Shown: positions 54,142 to 64,000, counted from the first letter of the stretch. The stretch is 64,000 nucleotides of DNA from Nostoc sp. (GCA_036918135.1 JBALDB010000029.1:1-64000), one strand, 5' to 3'. The notes: generated from the sequence alone by a model not told the origin. Program-made: numbers and translations.

Positions 54142-55554
54142 TTAAACTAATGCTTTCAACAAAGCCTGAAGTTTAAGTTGCACTTCTGCAAATTCCTTCT
54201 CAGGATCGGAGCCAGCTACAATACCAGCACCAGCATACAATCTCGCGCGATCGCCATCTATCAATGCTGAACGAATTCCCACAATAAACTCACAGTTTCC
54301 TTGGGAATCTATCCAACCTAGAGGCGCAGCATATAAACCTCTTTCAAAGCTTTCATAACGACGAATTTCGGCACAAGCAATATCCCGTGCTGCACCGGCA
54401 ACAGCTGGTGTAGGATGCAATTGGGCAACAATCTTTAATGGATGAATGTTAGCCGGAACTACAGCACTAATTGGTGTCCATAAATGCTGGATGTTGGATA
54501 ATTGTCGCAGACGAGGTGCTAAGATTTGCGGTAACAAACCAAGCTGGCATAGGCGTTGAGTTATAAAATTAAGCACCAGCGAGTGTTCGTGTCTTTCTTT
54601 TTCACTATTGAGTAAGTGATTAGCATTAGCCGCATCTTCAGCCGGAGTTTTACCTCGTGGTGCAGAACCAGCCAAAGCATCAGTGATTAACTGCTGATTA
54701 TTAATACTAATTAATCGTTCCGGACTTGCACCAATAAAGTTTTGTCCTTTACCATTGCTTGTAGAGAAAATATAACAATTTGGATGTATTTCTCTAAGAT
54801 TATTTAATGATTTAACCAAATCAAAACGATTGCTTGACTTGACATCTAGTACATCTGCTAAAACAATCTTACTTAAATGACGAGACTGGATTTTTTTCAA
54901 AGCAGAAGCCACTGAATATTTAAATTGCTCGGCATTTGTGAGAGATTTTTGATAATATTTTGTCGAAAAATCGATATTTGGAGAATAATGTTTTAAAGAT
55001 TGGAGAAATTCAATTTTTGTTTGGACAGTGTGCAACAATTTTTGAATATTGACATCAGCATTTAGCGCGACATTTGTTACTAATATACAACTCTGATTTT
55101 TTACAGCTACTTGCCAACGGGGCAGAAAAATGGTAGCCGATGGAAATGGATAATCAACTTCGGAATTTTTCTCAAAAAAGCTGAAATAACAAAAAAAATG
55201 AGGCCCAGAAAAAGGTTGATTAGAGTTACCAAAATTAATTATATTTTTTAGACAAGATTTGATAAAATACTCAGCTTTAGTAAAACGATCTGTGCCATCA
55301 ATTTGTAATTTTGCGACAGCATCAATTGCGGCGATCGCTTCTCCTTTGCCTTTATCCTCAAAGTAAAAATTTATTTCATTTGCTTGTGTAAATCGATCCA
55401 ATACAAGTAAAGGGTCAACTAAATCAATCTGTTGGGAAATACTAACAATTTGCCTGCAATTATTTTTGATGCACTTTTTTTGCACTGTTAAAAGAAATTG
55501 ATATAAATCTTTGTGCTGTACAGACAAGTTGCTACGACATGGTAAAACTGTCAT
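54142..55554 (-). CDS. menF: isochorismate synthase
   Basis: KIVLA, GASPERL, ALAGS, KERHEH, LHPTPAVAG, YAGAGIV; in the men cluster. Confidence 0.93.
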   Translation of the reverse strand: MTVLPCRSNLSVQHKDLYQFLLTVQKKCIKNNCRQIVSISQQIDLVDPLLVLDRFTQANEINFYFEDKGKGEAIAAIDAVAKLQIDGTDRFTKAEYFIKSCLKNIINFGNSNQPFSGPHFFCYFSFFEKNSEVDYPFPSATIFLPRWQVAVKNQSCILVTNVALNADVNIQKLLHTVQTKIEFLQSLKHYSPNIDFSTKYYQKSLTNAEQFKYSVASALKKIQSRHLSKIVLADVLDVKSSNRFDLVKSLNNLREIHPNCYIFSTSNGKGQNFIGASPERLISINNQQLITDALAGSAPRGKTPAEDAANANHLLNSEKERHEHSLVLNFITQRLCQLGLLPQILAPRLRQLSNIQHLWTPISAVVPANIHPLKIVAQLHPTPAVAGAARDIACAEIRRYESFERGLYAAPLGWIDSQGNCEFIVGIRSALIDGDRARLYAGAGIVAGSDPEKEFAEVQLKLQALLKALV

Positions 55555-55917
55555 GGATCTATCGATAGTAAATTTTTTTTAAGTTAACTTCCTAAAGTGT
55601 AATTAATCGTGGTCGTATTTTTACAGGTAACATATTAAGTTGTCATTTCACCAGCGTAAGATTTGCCTGATGGTGGTGTTCTTAGATGATGAGAAGCTAG
55701 TTGTAGCCTAGACTGCAACTTTAGTATCACAGTTATGAAGTCCAACCCTACGACCAAAAGCTAAGAATTTGATACCCAACAATCAAAAGTCAGAATTTAT
55801 CAGGAGCCTAGTATGATTAGTATATTCATTGATGAAATGTTATTCTGAATTGGAGAAATTTGACAATAAAAATCTTTTGTATAATTGAGATTCTGAGAAT
55901 TTAATTAATCACGACTG

Positions 55918-56814
55918 ATGACTACCAAGCAGATTTTATATCCCAACACTAAGTTATGGATGGCAGCGATTAAACCGCCGATGTACAGCGTTGCCATCAT
56001 GCCCATTTGGATAGGAACAGCAGTAGCATATGCCCAAACAAAAGTTTTTAATGGAGCAATATTTTCTATTTTTGTAGCTGCGGCAATATTGATTCTTGCC
56101 TGGGAAAATATTAGTAATGATGTTTTTGATTCAGAAACAGGTATTGATAAAAATAAACACCATTCTCTGGTAAATTTAACTGGCAATAAACCATTAATAT
56201 TTTGGTTAGGAAATTTGTGTTTAGGTTTGGGGTTGCTGGGTATAGTAGCGATCGCTCTTTGGCAACAAGACCTAACTGTTATCGGTATAATTCTGCTGTG
56301 CTGTGGTTTGGGCTATATGTACCAAGGGCCTCCCTTTCGCTTAGGATATCAGGGTTTAGGTGAAATTATTTGCTTTTTTGCCTTTGGCCCCTTAGCAGTG
56401 GAAGCAGCATACTACAGCCAAACTCAAACTTGGTCAATGACGAGTTTAGCAGCCTCAATCATTGTCGGTATTGCCACAACCTTGATTTTGTTTTGTTCGC
56501 ACTTTCACCAAGTTAAAGATGACATAGCGGCAGGCAAGCGATCGCCTATCGTTCGTCTTGGAACCGAAAAAGGTGCCCAACTTCTAGTTTGGTTTACTGG
56601 CAGTATTTATCCTCTCACCTTGTTGTTTGTACTGTGGGGAATTTTTCCAGCTTGGACACTGCTGAGTTGGCTGAGTTTACCCTTTGCCGTCAAATTATGC
56701 CGCCACGTCCAAGAAAATCATCATCAGCCAGACAAAGTTAGTAACTGTAAATTCATCGCCGTCGCCGTGCATTTCTGGAGTTGCTTGCTGTTGGGCTTGG
56801 GATTTGTGTTTTAG
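55918..56814 (+). CDS. menA: 1,4-dihydroxy-2-naphthoate phytyltransferase
   Basis: AIKPPMYSVA, NDVFDSETGID, YQGPPFRLGYQGLGE, DDIAAGKRS. Confidence 0.95.
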   Translation: MTTKQILYPNTKLWMAAIKPPMYSVAIMPIWIGTAVAYAQTKVFNGAIFSIFVAAAILILAWENISNDVFDSETGIDKNKHHSLVNLTGNKPLIFWLGNLCLGLGLLGIVAIALWQQDLTVIGIILLCCGLGYMYQGPPFRLGYQGLGEIICFFAFGPLAVEAAYYSQTQTWSMTSLAASIIVGIATTLILFCSHFHQVKDDIAAGKRSPIVRLGTEKGAQLLVWFTGSIYPLTLLFVLWGIFPAWTLLSWLSLPFAVKLCRHVQENHHQPDKVSNCKFIAVAVHFWSCLLLGLGFVF

Positions 56815-56877
56815 TCATTAGTCATTGGGCATTTCCAAAGGACAAATGACAACTCTGATGGAGTTTAATTTTCCGAT

Positions 56878-57867
56878 GTGATTTACAGATTCAAATTTCG
56901 TCCTTATCGGCGAAGATTTGTGCGAACGCTTACCACCAATCATGGTAAATGGGATATTCGGGATGGGATTATTCTGCGTCTTAGCGACGAATCAGGAAGA
57001 GTTGGCTGGGGAGAAATCGCGCCCATTAGCTGGTTTGGTTCGGAAACCATAGAACAAGCTTTAGATTTTTGTCGCCAACTCCCAGCAGAAATCACAGAGG
57101 AAACGATTTTCTCCATTCCAGATGAGTTACCTGCTTGTCAATTTGGCTTTGAGTCAGCGTGGGAGATGTGTAAAGAGGATGCGGAGAATGAAATCGATGA
57201 ATTCACCGCGTCCTATTCTCCGTCCTACAGCGCCTTACTACCTGCTGGGGAAGCAGCTTTAAATCAATGGCAAAGTTTATGGCAGCAGGGATATCGCACA
57301 TTTAAATGGAAAATTGGTGTAGATGCGATCGCCCATGAACTCAAAATTTTTGAGTTATTGACACATACTTTACCAGCTTCAAGCAAACTGCGATTAGATG
57401 CTAACGGTGGACTCAGCTATGAACAAGCTAATTTATGGCTATGGACTTGCGACAATCTCAAAGCAAATCGAGAACTAGCCCCAGAAATTGAATTTATCGA
57501 ACAACCACTACCCGTTGAACAATTTCAGGGGATGTTGGAATTGAGTATGTTTTATGGAACTGCGATCGCTTTGGATGAATCTGTCGCCACATTAAAGCAA
57601 CTGATTGCTTGTTATCAGCAAGGTTGGCGAGGAATTTTTGTGATTAAACCTGGAATAATCGGCTCGCCATTTCTTTTGAGAAAATTTTGCCAACAGCATA
57701 ACATTGATGCTGTATTTTCATCAGTTTTTGAAACTGCCATTGGTAGACAAACAGCACTCCGACTAGCAGCTGAATTATCCCGAAATAACAGAGCAGTTGG
57801 TTTTGGCATTGACCATTTTTTTGAACAAGAAGATACGTGGCTTCAAAGTCTATGGAACGACCTTTAG
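56878..57867 (+). CDS. menC: o-succinylbenzoate synthase
   Basis: GEIAP, TFKWKIG, LRLDANG, IEQP, ALDES, VIKP. Confidence 0.95.
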   Translation: MIYRFKFRPYRRRFVRTLTTNHGKWDIRDGIILRLSDESGRVGWGEIAPISWFGSETIEQALDFCRQLPAEITEETIFSIPDELPACQFGFESAWEMCKEDAENEIDEFTASYSPSYSALLPAGEAALNQWQSLWQQGYRTFKWKIGVDAIAHELKIFELLTHTLPASSKLRLDANGGLSYEQANLWLWTCDNLKANRELAPEIEFIEQPLPVEQFQGMLELSMFYGTAIALDESVATLKQLIACYQQGWRGIFVIKPGIIGSPFLLRKFCQQHNIDAVFSSVFETAIGRQTALRLAAELSRNNRAVGFGIDHFFEQEDTWLQSLWNDL

Positions 57868-59321
57868 ACTGTCTTAATAACCTGGCTGAAAATGATTGGT
57901 TGATTGGTTACGATAGCCGTCAATTTAACCAAATAGCTCAAGAATTATATTTAGAACTAACAAATTTATTAGTGTGGGAAACTCCACCAAAAATCATCTT
58001 AGCTGAACGCGAACCAGTAAAATTTTTAGCAAGTTTTCTTGCCGCTTGTGCAGCTAATTGTCCAGTTTTTCTTTGTAACCCTGACTGGGGAACGCAAGAA
58101 TGGCAACAAGTCTTTGATTTAGTACAGCCAGATATTATTTTGGGAATAGTGAATAGGGCATGGGGCGTAGAGCATGGGGCAAACAGGGAGTGTGGGAGGT
58201 GTGGGAGGATGGGGAACAAATCTTGCCCCCCTCTCTCCCCACACTCCCCACACTTCCCTCTCTCCTCATCTCCCTATCTCCCCATCTCCCCACTAATCAT
58301 GATTCCCACTGGTGGTTCATCGGGACAAATTAAATTTGCTATCCACACTTGGGAAACTCTCATAGCATCTGTACAAGGATTTACAAAATACTTTCAACTA
58401 AACCAAGTCAATTCGTTTTGTGTATTGCCGATATATCACGTCAGTGGTTTAATGCAATTTATGCGCTCTTTCACCAGCGCAGGTAAACTAGTTATTCAAC
58501 CATTCAAAGCTTTAGAATCTGGTCAAATATTGAATATTCAACCCTCAGAATTTTTTATATCTTTAGTACCAACTCAATTACAAAGACTTCTACAAAATCC
58601 TGAATTAACAGAATGGCTAACTCAATTTCATACTGTACTTTTGGGAGGTGCGCCAACATGGAGCGAACTATTAGAAAAAGCGAGATTTCATCGTATCCAA
58701 TTAGCACCAACCTATGGTATGACAGAAACAGCCTCTCAAATTGCTACTCTCAAACCAAATGATTTTTTGAATGGTAAAATTAGTAGCGGTCAAATTCTTC
58801 CCCATGCCCAGGTAACTATTCATAATCAGCAAGGCGAAATTCTAAATTCTAATCAAATAGGAAATATCACCATTCAAGCTCAATCTCTAGCGCTTGGTTA
58901 CTATCCGATGATTAAAGAAAGTCAGGATTATTTCCAAGTAGATGATTTAGGCTTTTTAGACGAGCAAGGTTATTTAAATATTGTCGGACGAAATAGCGAT
59001 AAAATTATTACAGGCGGAGAAAATGTTTACCCAGTAGAAATCGAATCAGCCATACGAGCAACTCAAATGGTTACCGATATTTGCGTGATTGGTATTCCAG
59101 ATAAACACTGGGGACAAGCCTTAACAGCAATTTATATTCCCGAAAAATCAAATACTTCCGCTTTAAAAATCCAAACTCTACTCGAAGACAAACTCAGCAA
59201 ATTTAAAATTCCAAAATATTGGATTCCCCAACCAAACTTACCGCGTAACTCTCAAGGTAAAATTAACCGTCAGCAGCTACAACGAATAGCTATTGAATTC
59301 CTACAAAATACCCTTAAATAA
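57852..59321 (+). CDS. menE: o-succinylbenzoate-CoA ligase with in-frame repeat insertion
   Basis: [41 protein letters not shown]. Confidence 0.95.
   Translation: MERPLDCLNNLAENDWLIGYDSRQFNQIAQELYLELTNLLVWETPPKIILAEREPVKFLASFLAACAANCPVFLCNPDWGTQEWQQVFDLVQPDIILGIVNRAWGVEHGANRECGRCGRMGNKSCPPLSPHSPHFPLSSSPYLPISPLIMIPTGGSSGQIKFAIHTWETLIASVQGFTKYFQLNQVNSFCVLPIYHVSGLMQFMRSFTSAGKLVIQPFKALESGQILNIQPSEFFISLVPTQLQRLLQNPELTEWLTQFHTVLLGGAPTWSELLEKARFHRIQLAPTYGMTETASQIATLKPNDFLNGKISSGQILPHAQVTIHNQQGEILNSNQIGNITIQAQSLALGYYPMIKESQDYFQVDDLGFLDEQGYLNIVGRNSDKIITGGENVYPVEIESAIRATQMVTDICVIGIPDKHWGQALTAIYIPEKSNTSALKIQTLLEDKLSKFKIPKYWIPQPNLPRNSQGKINRQQLQRIAIEFLQNTLK
58154..58293 (+). repeat. mirror-hairpin dispersed repeat, copy 4 (inside menE, in frame)
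   Basis: GCATGGGGCAAACAGGGAGTGTGGGAGGTGTGGGAGGATGGGGAACAAATCTTGCCCCCCTCTCTCCCCACACT... Confidence 0.88.
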
Positions 59322-59760
59322 CCTCTCTTGCCCTTCTTCTCTCCGCGCCCTCTGCGCCTCTGCGGTTCGTTTCCAACCACTGAGTTATTTCATCAGGTAA
59401 TTCCTCCTTAACTCTACTACTTACATCAATACAAACATGTCGAGTAATAGCCTTAGCAACTACCACCTCTCCTACACTAATTTCATAAGTAATTTCAAAC
59501 TTATCAACACCTAATTTCTGAGGGATTAAGTTAATCAACAACTTGTCCCCTACAAACATAGGACGCAAAAAATCTACACTAGCATGAACAATGGGGAAAG
59601 CCACAGATGGAGTATTAAAAAAATCTTTGAGATTAATAGTTGATGCTTCTAGAGATTCTTCATAAGCTTCATGACAAATACACAAAACATTGGCAAAATA
59701 AACTACTCCAGCAGCATCAGTATCTTGAAAGCGAACCGTGCGGTTATAAGTAAAAGACAT
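59314..59760 (-). CDS. menI: 1,4-dihydroxy-2-naphthoyl-CoA thioesterase (hotdog fold)
   Basis: [25 protein letters not shown]; adjacent to menE. Confidence 0.85.
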   Translation of the reverse strand: MSFTYNRTVRFQDTDAAGVVYFANVLCICHEAYEESLEASTINLKDFFNTPSVAFPIVHASVDFLRPMFVGDKLLINLIPQKLGVDKFEITYEISVGEVVVAKAITRHVCIDVSSRVKEELPDEITQWLETNRRGAEGAERRRAREVI

Positions 59761-59847
59761 TTTTGATAATTTGATATTCAAAAAGAAAAACAGTAACCAA
59801 TAAGCCTGCTTTGCTTAATTTGGCGATCGCTTCTATATTAACCGCAA

Positions 59848-60294
59848 CTATGGAACCTGAAAATCATTAAAAGAGCAGAAATTGTAAGACGAAGTGCTTA
59901 AAGCTTTCACCAGCTTACCGTCGAGAGTTAGCAAAGTAGCACCTACCTGCTGTGAAAGCGCAACATAAGAACCATCATAGGCAGAGATTTTATAATTCAA
60001 GGCAATACTAACTGCATCCGCCATCAAATCAGCTGTGGAGACGACACGCAACGGGAAGTTTTTGAGAGTTGCTAAATCTCCTGGTACATCAGCAACAGCA
60101 TAAAGATTGGCGCGGACGTACTTCCAAATGATGTTGCCACACTCAATGTAAAACAGGTCAGGTACAAAGATTTCTGTCTGAGGATTACCAAGATAAGCAA
60201 ACAGGTGATTAACTTTTGCCGTTAGTGGATCGTCAGGTATAAATTGCTTAATAGCTACACTGGCATCTACAACGCACCTGAGAGGAATAGTCAT
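59848..60294 (-). CDS. PIN-domain (VapC) toxin
   Basis: VVDASVAIK, IECGN, SAYDGSYVAL, LLTLD. Confidence 0.9.
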   Translation of the reverse strand: MTIPLRCVVDASVAIKQFIPDDPLTAKVNHLFAYLGNPQTEIFVPDLFYIECGNIIWKYVRANLYAVADVPGDLATLKNFPLRVVSTADLMADAVSIALNYKISAYDGSYVALSQQVGATLLTLDGKLVKALSTSSYNFCSFNDFQVP

Positions 60295-60557
60295 CTGTCT
60301 CGGTCTTCTCGGATTAATGCAGTACTATCAGGCCATTCCACATCAGTCCGACGACTCTCACGACGGAGACGGATTTCCTCTAGAAGTTTTGGGACATTTT
60401 TTCGCCTTTCCTCTTCCGTAGGCTGCATTTTTGCCTCCAAAGCATTCTGCAAAATTGTAATAACTTGAGCATCAATTGAATTATTTTCAGCTTTAGCTAA
60501 CTCTTGCAGTTGTGCGTATAACTCATCAGGTATATTGAGCGCATGAAGGGTAGCCAT
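60291..60557 (-). CDS. FitA/VapB-like ribbon-helix-helix antitoxin
   Basis: MATLHALNIPDELYAQLQELAKAENNSI, C-term DSTALIREDRDR; ATGA overlap with the toxin. Confidence 0.88.
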   Translation of the reverse strand: MATLHALNIPDELYAQLQELAKAENNSIDAQVITILQNALEAKMQPTEEERRKNVPKLLEEIRLRRESRRTDVEWPDSTALIREDRDR

Positions 60558-60667
60558 TGATTGACCTCCCAAAGAATTTACTGCTAATGGTAGCACGATG
60601 CAAGCAATGAGCGACTTTAGAGGAACTGTTGACTGTTAATCATCAACAGTCAACAGTCAACGGTCAT

Positions 60668-61048
60668 CTATTTATTAAGTGTTTCAATCGCTTCTTGGAT
60701 CAATTGCTTAGTCTTGTGAAGATTTAGCAGCCTAGTTTGGTCGTAGCGTTCAGGCAGAGGAAGTAACTTACCCTCTAGTGTTGCCCGAATCAGCGCAGCT
60801 TGTTCATCAGTAGGTTCTCCCATTTCATAAAGCATCGTGCCCAGCGCTTCGGTACTTCTCCAACTAGGATTTCTTAAACCTGTTTTGTGGTCTTGGAACT
60901 GCCTAATAGCTTGCACAGTAAAAGCTAATAATGGAGTAATCCAGCTTGTTTTATACCCTAGACTCCCTACTGGCTTGACTCCGTACCGTGCAGCTAAATC
61001 TTTCAATTCTTTAAGGGTTTTGCTTTCAAGTTCAGAACGTGTAAACAT
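60668..61048 (-). CDS. hypothetical protein with Rho-N/HeH-like N-terminus
   Basis: TRSELESKTLKELKDLAARYGV helix-extension-helix-like pattern. Confidence 0.65.
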   Translation of the reverse strand: MFTRSELESKTLKELKDLAARYGVKPVGSLGYKTSWITPLLAFTVQAIRQFQDHKTGLRNPSWRSTEALGTMLYEMGEPTDEQAALIRATLEGKLLPLPERYDQTRLLNLHKTKQLIQEAIETLNK

Positions 61049-61169
61049 AGAAATGCCTAATTTTGTAATTGGGTTTGGCAGCTATCCCAACTTGCGAGGC
61101 TCGGCTAGCTGCCAATTAAATTATCGCACGAAGTCTTGCGATAATATTGATATAAAGAAAAATATTTTT

Positions 61170-61382
61170 ATGCCTAATTACGAAGAAAAACCTTATTTAA
61201 AAAAGCATCAATTTACCACTAATCGGGAAGAACCATTAACCGCAAAAATAACTCTTAGGCTTCCCCCATCAATGCTGGAAAAATTAAAAGGTTTAGATAA
61301 CTACCCAGAATTTATCAGGCAAGCAATTTCGGATGCGCTAAATAAGCTAGAAAATTCAAATGACGGTACAGAAGATTCATAA
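61170..61382 (+). CDS. small CopG/RHH-like DNA-binding protein
   Basis: ATG at 61170 inside the 60837 ORF; AKITLRLPPSMLEKLK...PEFIRQAISDAL. Confidence 0.65.
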   Translation: MPNYEEKPYLKKHQFTTNREEPLTAKITLRLPPSMLEKLKGLDNYPEFIRQAISDALNKLENSNDGTEDS

Positions 61383-61383
61383 T

Positions 61384-61500
61384 CTATAGCAATCTTGCAT
61401 GATTTGTGAAAATTACTTTTTTAACGAACCGCAAAGGACGCAAAGAGCGCGAAGGTAAGAAAGATAAAATAATTTAACTAATTATTTAGGACAACTATAG
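61384..61500. mobile_element. MITE-like element with CTATAG termini
   Basis: CTATAGCAATCTTG ... TTAGGACAACTATAG, enclosing a CGCAAAG-type repeat. Confidence 0.45.
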
Positions 61501-61776
61501 ACGAATAACATCTAATAAAAATAGTTGCTATCTCTCTGCGCTTTACATACCTGCGGTGAAAAATTTATTGGTAATAGTAGCACGATCTAAATGTGGGGAA
61601 GAGAGGGGCGATCGCTATTATTGTTAAAATTTTAGTTTTACTTTTTCTGTGTAAAATACTGCACAATCGCAAAAAATGTTCCCTTGCTGTCTAAATCAAA
61701 ATTAAGCATTTTTGCTGAGGCTGTTAGCAGTTCTAAAAAATGAAGCTGGAAAAACAAGTTTTTATTTTAAAAACCT

Positions 61777-62680
61777 ATGTCAATTGTAGATTTTCTTGTT
61801 TCTGTAAATGGCGTAGCTCAATTGTGGGCTGCTGATGGACAATATCTAGGCGTTTTATCAAGTAATTTATATGACCCAAACTCTATACCTCTTCTGTCAC
61901 TTTCCGGAGAAAGTAAGTAAGCTAAATCATCCAGAAACTTTTTTCTATCTCCGGTTTCATCTATTACTACTGTAATCGCCTGACCATTCAATGCCTGCTT
62001 AAGTCTCTTTAATCTTCGTTGTTTTAATTCATCTACTGACCAATCTGAATTGGCTAGAAAATGATGTAATGACTGGGCTGAGTTTATACTTACCACCTTC
62101 GCTATTTCTGGTAACGATTTTCTTTTTATCGTTGATATTATCCCCAAATGTAAATATTTAAAGCACTCATAATTTCTTACCTCTTTGAACAGGTCTTTAT
62201 ACTCTGTACAATATTCATCAATGATGGCAACTGTTGGGTGAGCATAAGAGTGCCAAATGTTTGAGGATTTGTAATTCTACATCCATTGCCCTGCCTACCT
62301 GAAGAGAGTTTTTTCTTTTAATCCTTTTATTCAGAATACTCGGAAAGTGACAGAAAAGGGATATTAGTAATCTTCATAGTGACTACGGTAGTTCGCATAG
62401 TATATACAGCATTCGTAATTTACATGGATTATATGGTAGTTCGTTTGGCATATACAGTCCATACAATACCTTCTGCATCAATCCTCCTATCGTCTTCTAC
62501 CAAGCTCAACCAGTGCTGATGCTTACAAAAAATCCTCATGTTATCAGTAATGGTTTACCTATCGTTGACCCTGACTTATTACTGGGGGTGTATGCACAAC
62601 TTGCAAACTCCGTTCCAATATCAAACTCCAATTTAGGATTAATGCAGTCTATTACTGATATGTTTAGATCTGGATTTTAG
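61777..62680 (+). pseudogene. conserved hypothetical gene interrupted by an IS remnant
   Basis: MSIVDFLVSVNGVAQLWAADGQYLGVLSSNLYDPNS|ISNLHSDYGSSHSIYSIRN...YSPYN...FRSGF*. The frame is restored by removing 61887-62364. Confidence 0.85.
61887..62361 (-). mobile_element. internally deleted IS701-family element (non-autonomous)
   Basis: TIRs CCTCTTCTGTCACTTTCCG / CGGAAAGTGACAGAAAAGG flanked by TAT. Transposase N-term from ATG 62286 (frameshifted) to RKSLPEIAK...SLHHFL...VIDETGDRKK. Confidence 0.88.
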
Positions 62681-62723
62681 ACTAAGCAACAAGAAAAGAT
62701 ATAGCAGGGCTGAATTAATGATT

Positions 62724-63010
62724 TCATGTAATCTGCTGTCAACCATGTTTAGACAGCTAGTAAATCAATTTGTTCTGGATTCATGAAATAAATAATTCTA
62801 TATGAACCTTCAATCACTAATCACTTCTCTGATTTGCTCAGTTTTAAACTAAGACACAACTTGACTTGACAAAGGAAATTGAGCAATCTGTTCAGAACGC
62901 CTAGTGATACGGTCAACTATCCTCGCTGCATATTGTGGATAAGTTTGGGCAATATAACTATAAATTGCAAAGAGATTTTCCACCGCTGTTTCTGTCCAGT
63001 AAACTTTCAC
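62724..63010 (-). pseudogene. RelE/ParE-family toxin pseudogene
   Basis: GTG start overlapping the antitoxin stop: MKVYWTETAVENLFAIYSYIAQ...IAQFPLSSQVVS*FKTEQIREVI..EGSYRIIY...LAV..HG. Has a premature stop and a duplicated AGTGATT frameshift. Confidence 0.85.
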
Positions 63011-63195
63011 TCTGGTATTCCAAATTTTTTCCGCACTTCTTGTACAGAAATCACATTACCAGCTTTGCTATCCGCTAGTCCAGCTTCAACAGTTTGCCGA
63101 ACATAAATTTGGTACATCAAATCATCCCATGTAGAATTCTCTGGCAATCTGTCAATTAATTTATGGGCTTCTTCTTTAATGTTGAGATTTTTCAT
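63007..63195 (-). CDS. antitoxin of the ParE/RelE pair
   Basis: KEEAHKLIDRLPENSTWDDLMYQIYVRQTVEAGLADSKAG; GTGA coupling to the toxin relic. Confidence 0.8.
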   Translation of the reverse strand: MKNLNIKEEAHKLIDRLPENSTWDDLMYQIYVRQTVEAGLADSKAGNVISVQEVRKKFGIPE

Positions 63196-63283
63196 TACTT
63201 GCTTAGCAAATATTTTTTGCATCCATTTGAACATATTGTAGATGCAAAAAATTTAGTTGGATTTTATAACAACATTTATCCAA

Positions 63284-63368
63284 CGGAGAAGGGGAGATTC
63301 GAACTCCCGGAACCTTTCGGTTCATCCGATTTCAAGTCGGACGCAATCGACCACTCTGCCACCTCTCC
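63284..63368 (-). tRNA. trnS: tRNA-Ser (anticodon TGA)
   Basis: Reverse complement GGAGAGGTGGCAGAGTGGTCGATTGCGTCCGACTTGAAATCGGATGAACCGAAAGGTTCCGGGAGTTCGAATCTCCCCTTCTCCG, with long variable arm. Confidence 0.97.
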
Positions 63369-63445
63369 AATAAACTGTCGAGCTAGTAGCTAACCACATT
63401 TGTCGGTTAGCACCAAAGCTTGACAGATCATACTATATCTTATCA

Positions 63446-64000
63446 CTAGGCAGGTTGCACTACTGAAGGCGATCGCTCGTACAAAATTTCCTCTGAAGCC
63501 ACTTGGAAATCATTGCCTACCCAAACTAGGGAAGCTTGCGTCACCACACCCGCCTCTAAAGAAACTAAGGAAAAATTACGCAACTTCTGTCCATCATTCT
63601 CCACAATCCTCGGCACAGTGGCTGCATTTAAGTAAAGAATCCCCTCTGGACTTCTAAAGATAGACTTTCGCAGCACCTTGGTGTGCCTTAAAGCATGGTG
63701 CATATGACCAAATGTCACTAGCGGAATGGTTTTACCAGCAGTCAAGGCTTGAGAAATCGCCTCGCCAAAATCTGGGTCGCCATAGTCGCCGCCAATTGGA
63801 TGCCAATCTTTGCCGCAGGGGTCTTCTGGCCGATCGCCTAATCCACTAGGCCCGTTATGACCCAAAAATATAATCGTCTTATAAGCGGCGCTTTTCACCG
63901 CTTTGACGATGCGATCGGCAGATTCTTCCAAATCTGTGACACCGTAACGTTCTTTACAGATTTCCGCAAATTTCCATTGTGGGCCACCCCAAGTAAAGGG
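63446..64000 (-). CDS. TIGR04168/DevT-like metallophosphoesterase, 3' part
   Basis: Frame open to the window end (PFTWGGPQWK...); GHNGPSGLG, GGDYGDPD, FGHMHH, YLNAA. Confidence 0.82.
   Translation of the reverse strand, partial: PFTWGGPQWKFAEICKERYGVTDLEESADRIVKAVKSAAYKTIIFLGHNGPSGLGDRPEDPCGKDWHPIGGDYGDPDFGEAISQALTAGKTIPLVTFGHMHHALRHTKVLRKSIFRSPEGILYLNAATVPRIVENDGQKLRNFSLVSLEAGVVTQASLVWVGNDFQVASEEILYERSPSVVQPA

Noticed and set aside
60837..61169. N-terminal 111 aa of the 181-aa ORF
   Set aside because: Antisense to the 60668-61048 gene; the plausible start is ATG 61170.

Overview
A 64 kb chromosomal window from a heterocyst-forming cyanobacterium (Nostoc-like, judged from frequent HIP1 GCGATCGC octamers, 7-bp STRR-type repeats and typical gene content). 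The housekeeping backbone includes leuC-leuD, sir, rsmE, mazG, proA, a phylloquinone cluster (menF, menA, menC, menE, DHNA-CoA thioesterase), MscS, an HDAC-family gene, a PPIase with an HlyB-type exporter, a GluR0-like channel, an FG-GAP-repeat subtilase and three tRNAs (Val-TAC, Arg-TCT, Ser-TGA). Accessory or defence-like cargo sits at the 3' side of each tRNA and after leuD: (1) a fused DNA methyltransferase-restriction endonuclease; (2) a HEPN-motif (DUF4209-like) protein with an antitoxin-like tail, coupled to a PIN/VapC toxin; (3) a 12 kb locus of two tandem giant Upf1-like SF1 helicases, each starting with a translation initiation factor IF2 N-terminal-like domain, followed by an overlapping winged-helix/PLD nuclease gene; (4) a decaying TA/IS patch near tRNA-Ser. 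Locus (3) is Mokosh-like but has IF2-N in place of a kinase, and is the best candidate for an undescribed system. It shows scars of tandem duplication, a Uma2 gene lying in a relic PLD start, and an in-frame TGA in the second helicase. A ~140-170 bp purine/pyrimidine mirror-hairpin repeat occurs four times, once in-frame inside menE. Family names come from motif recognition by eye, not from database searches.
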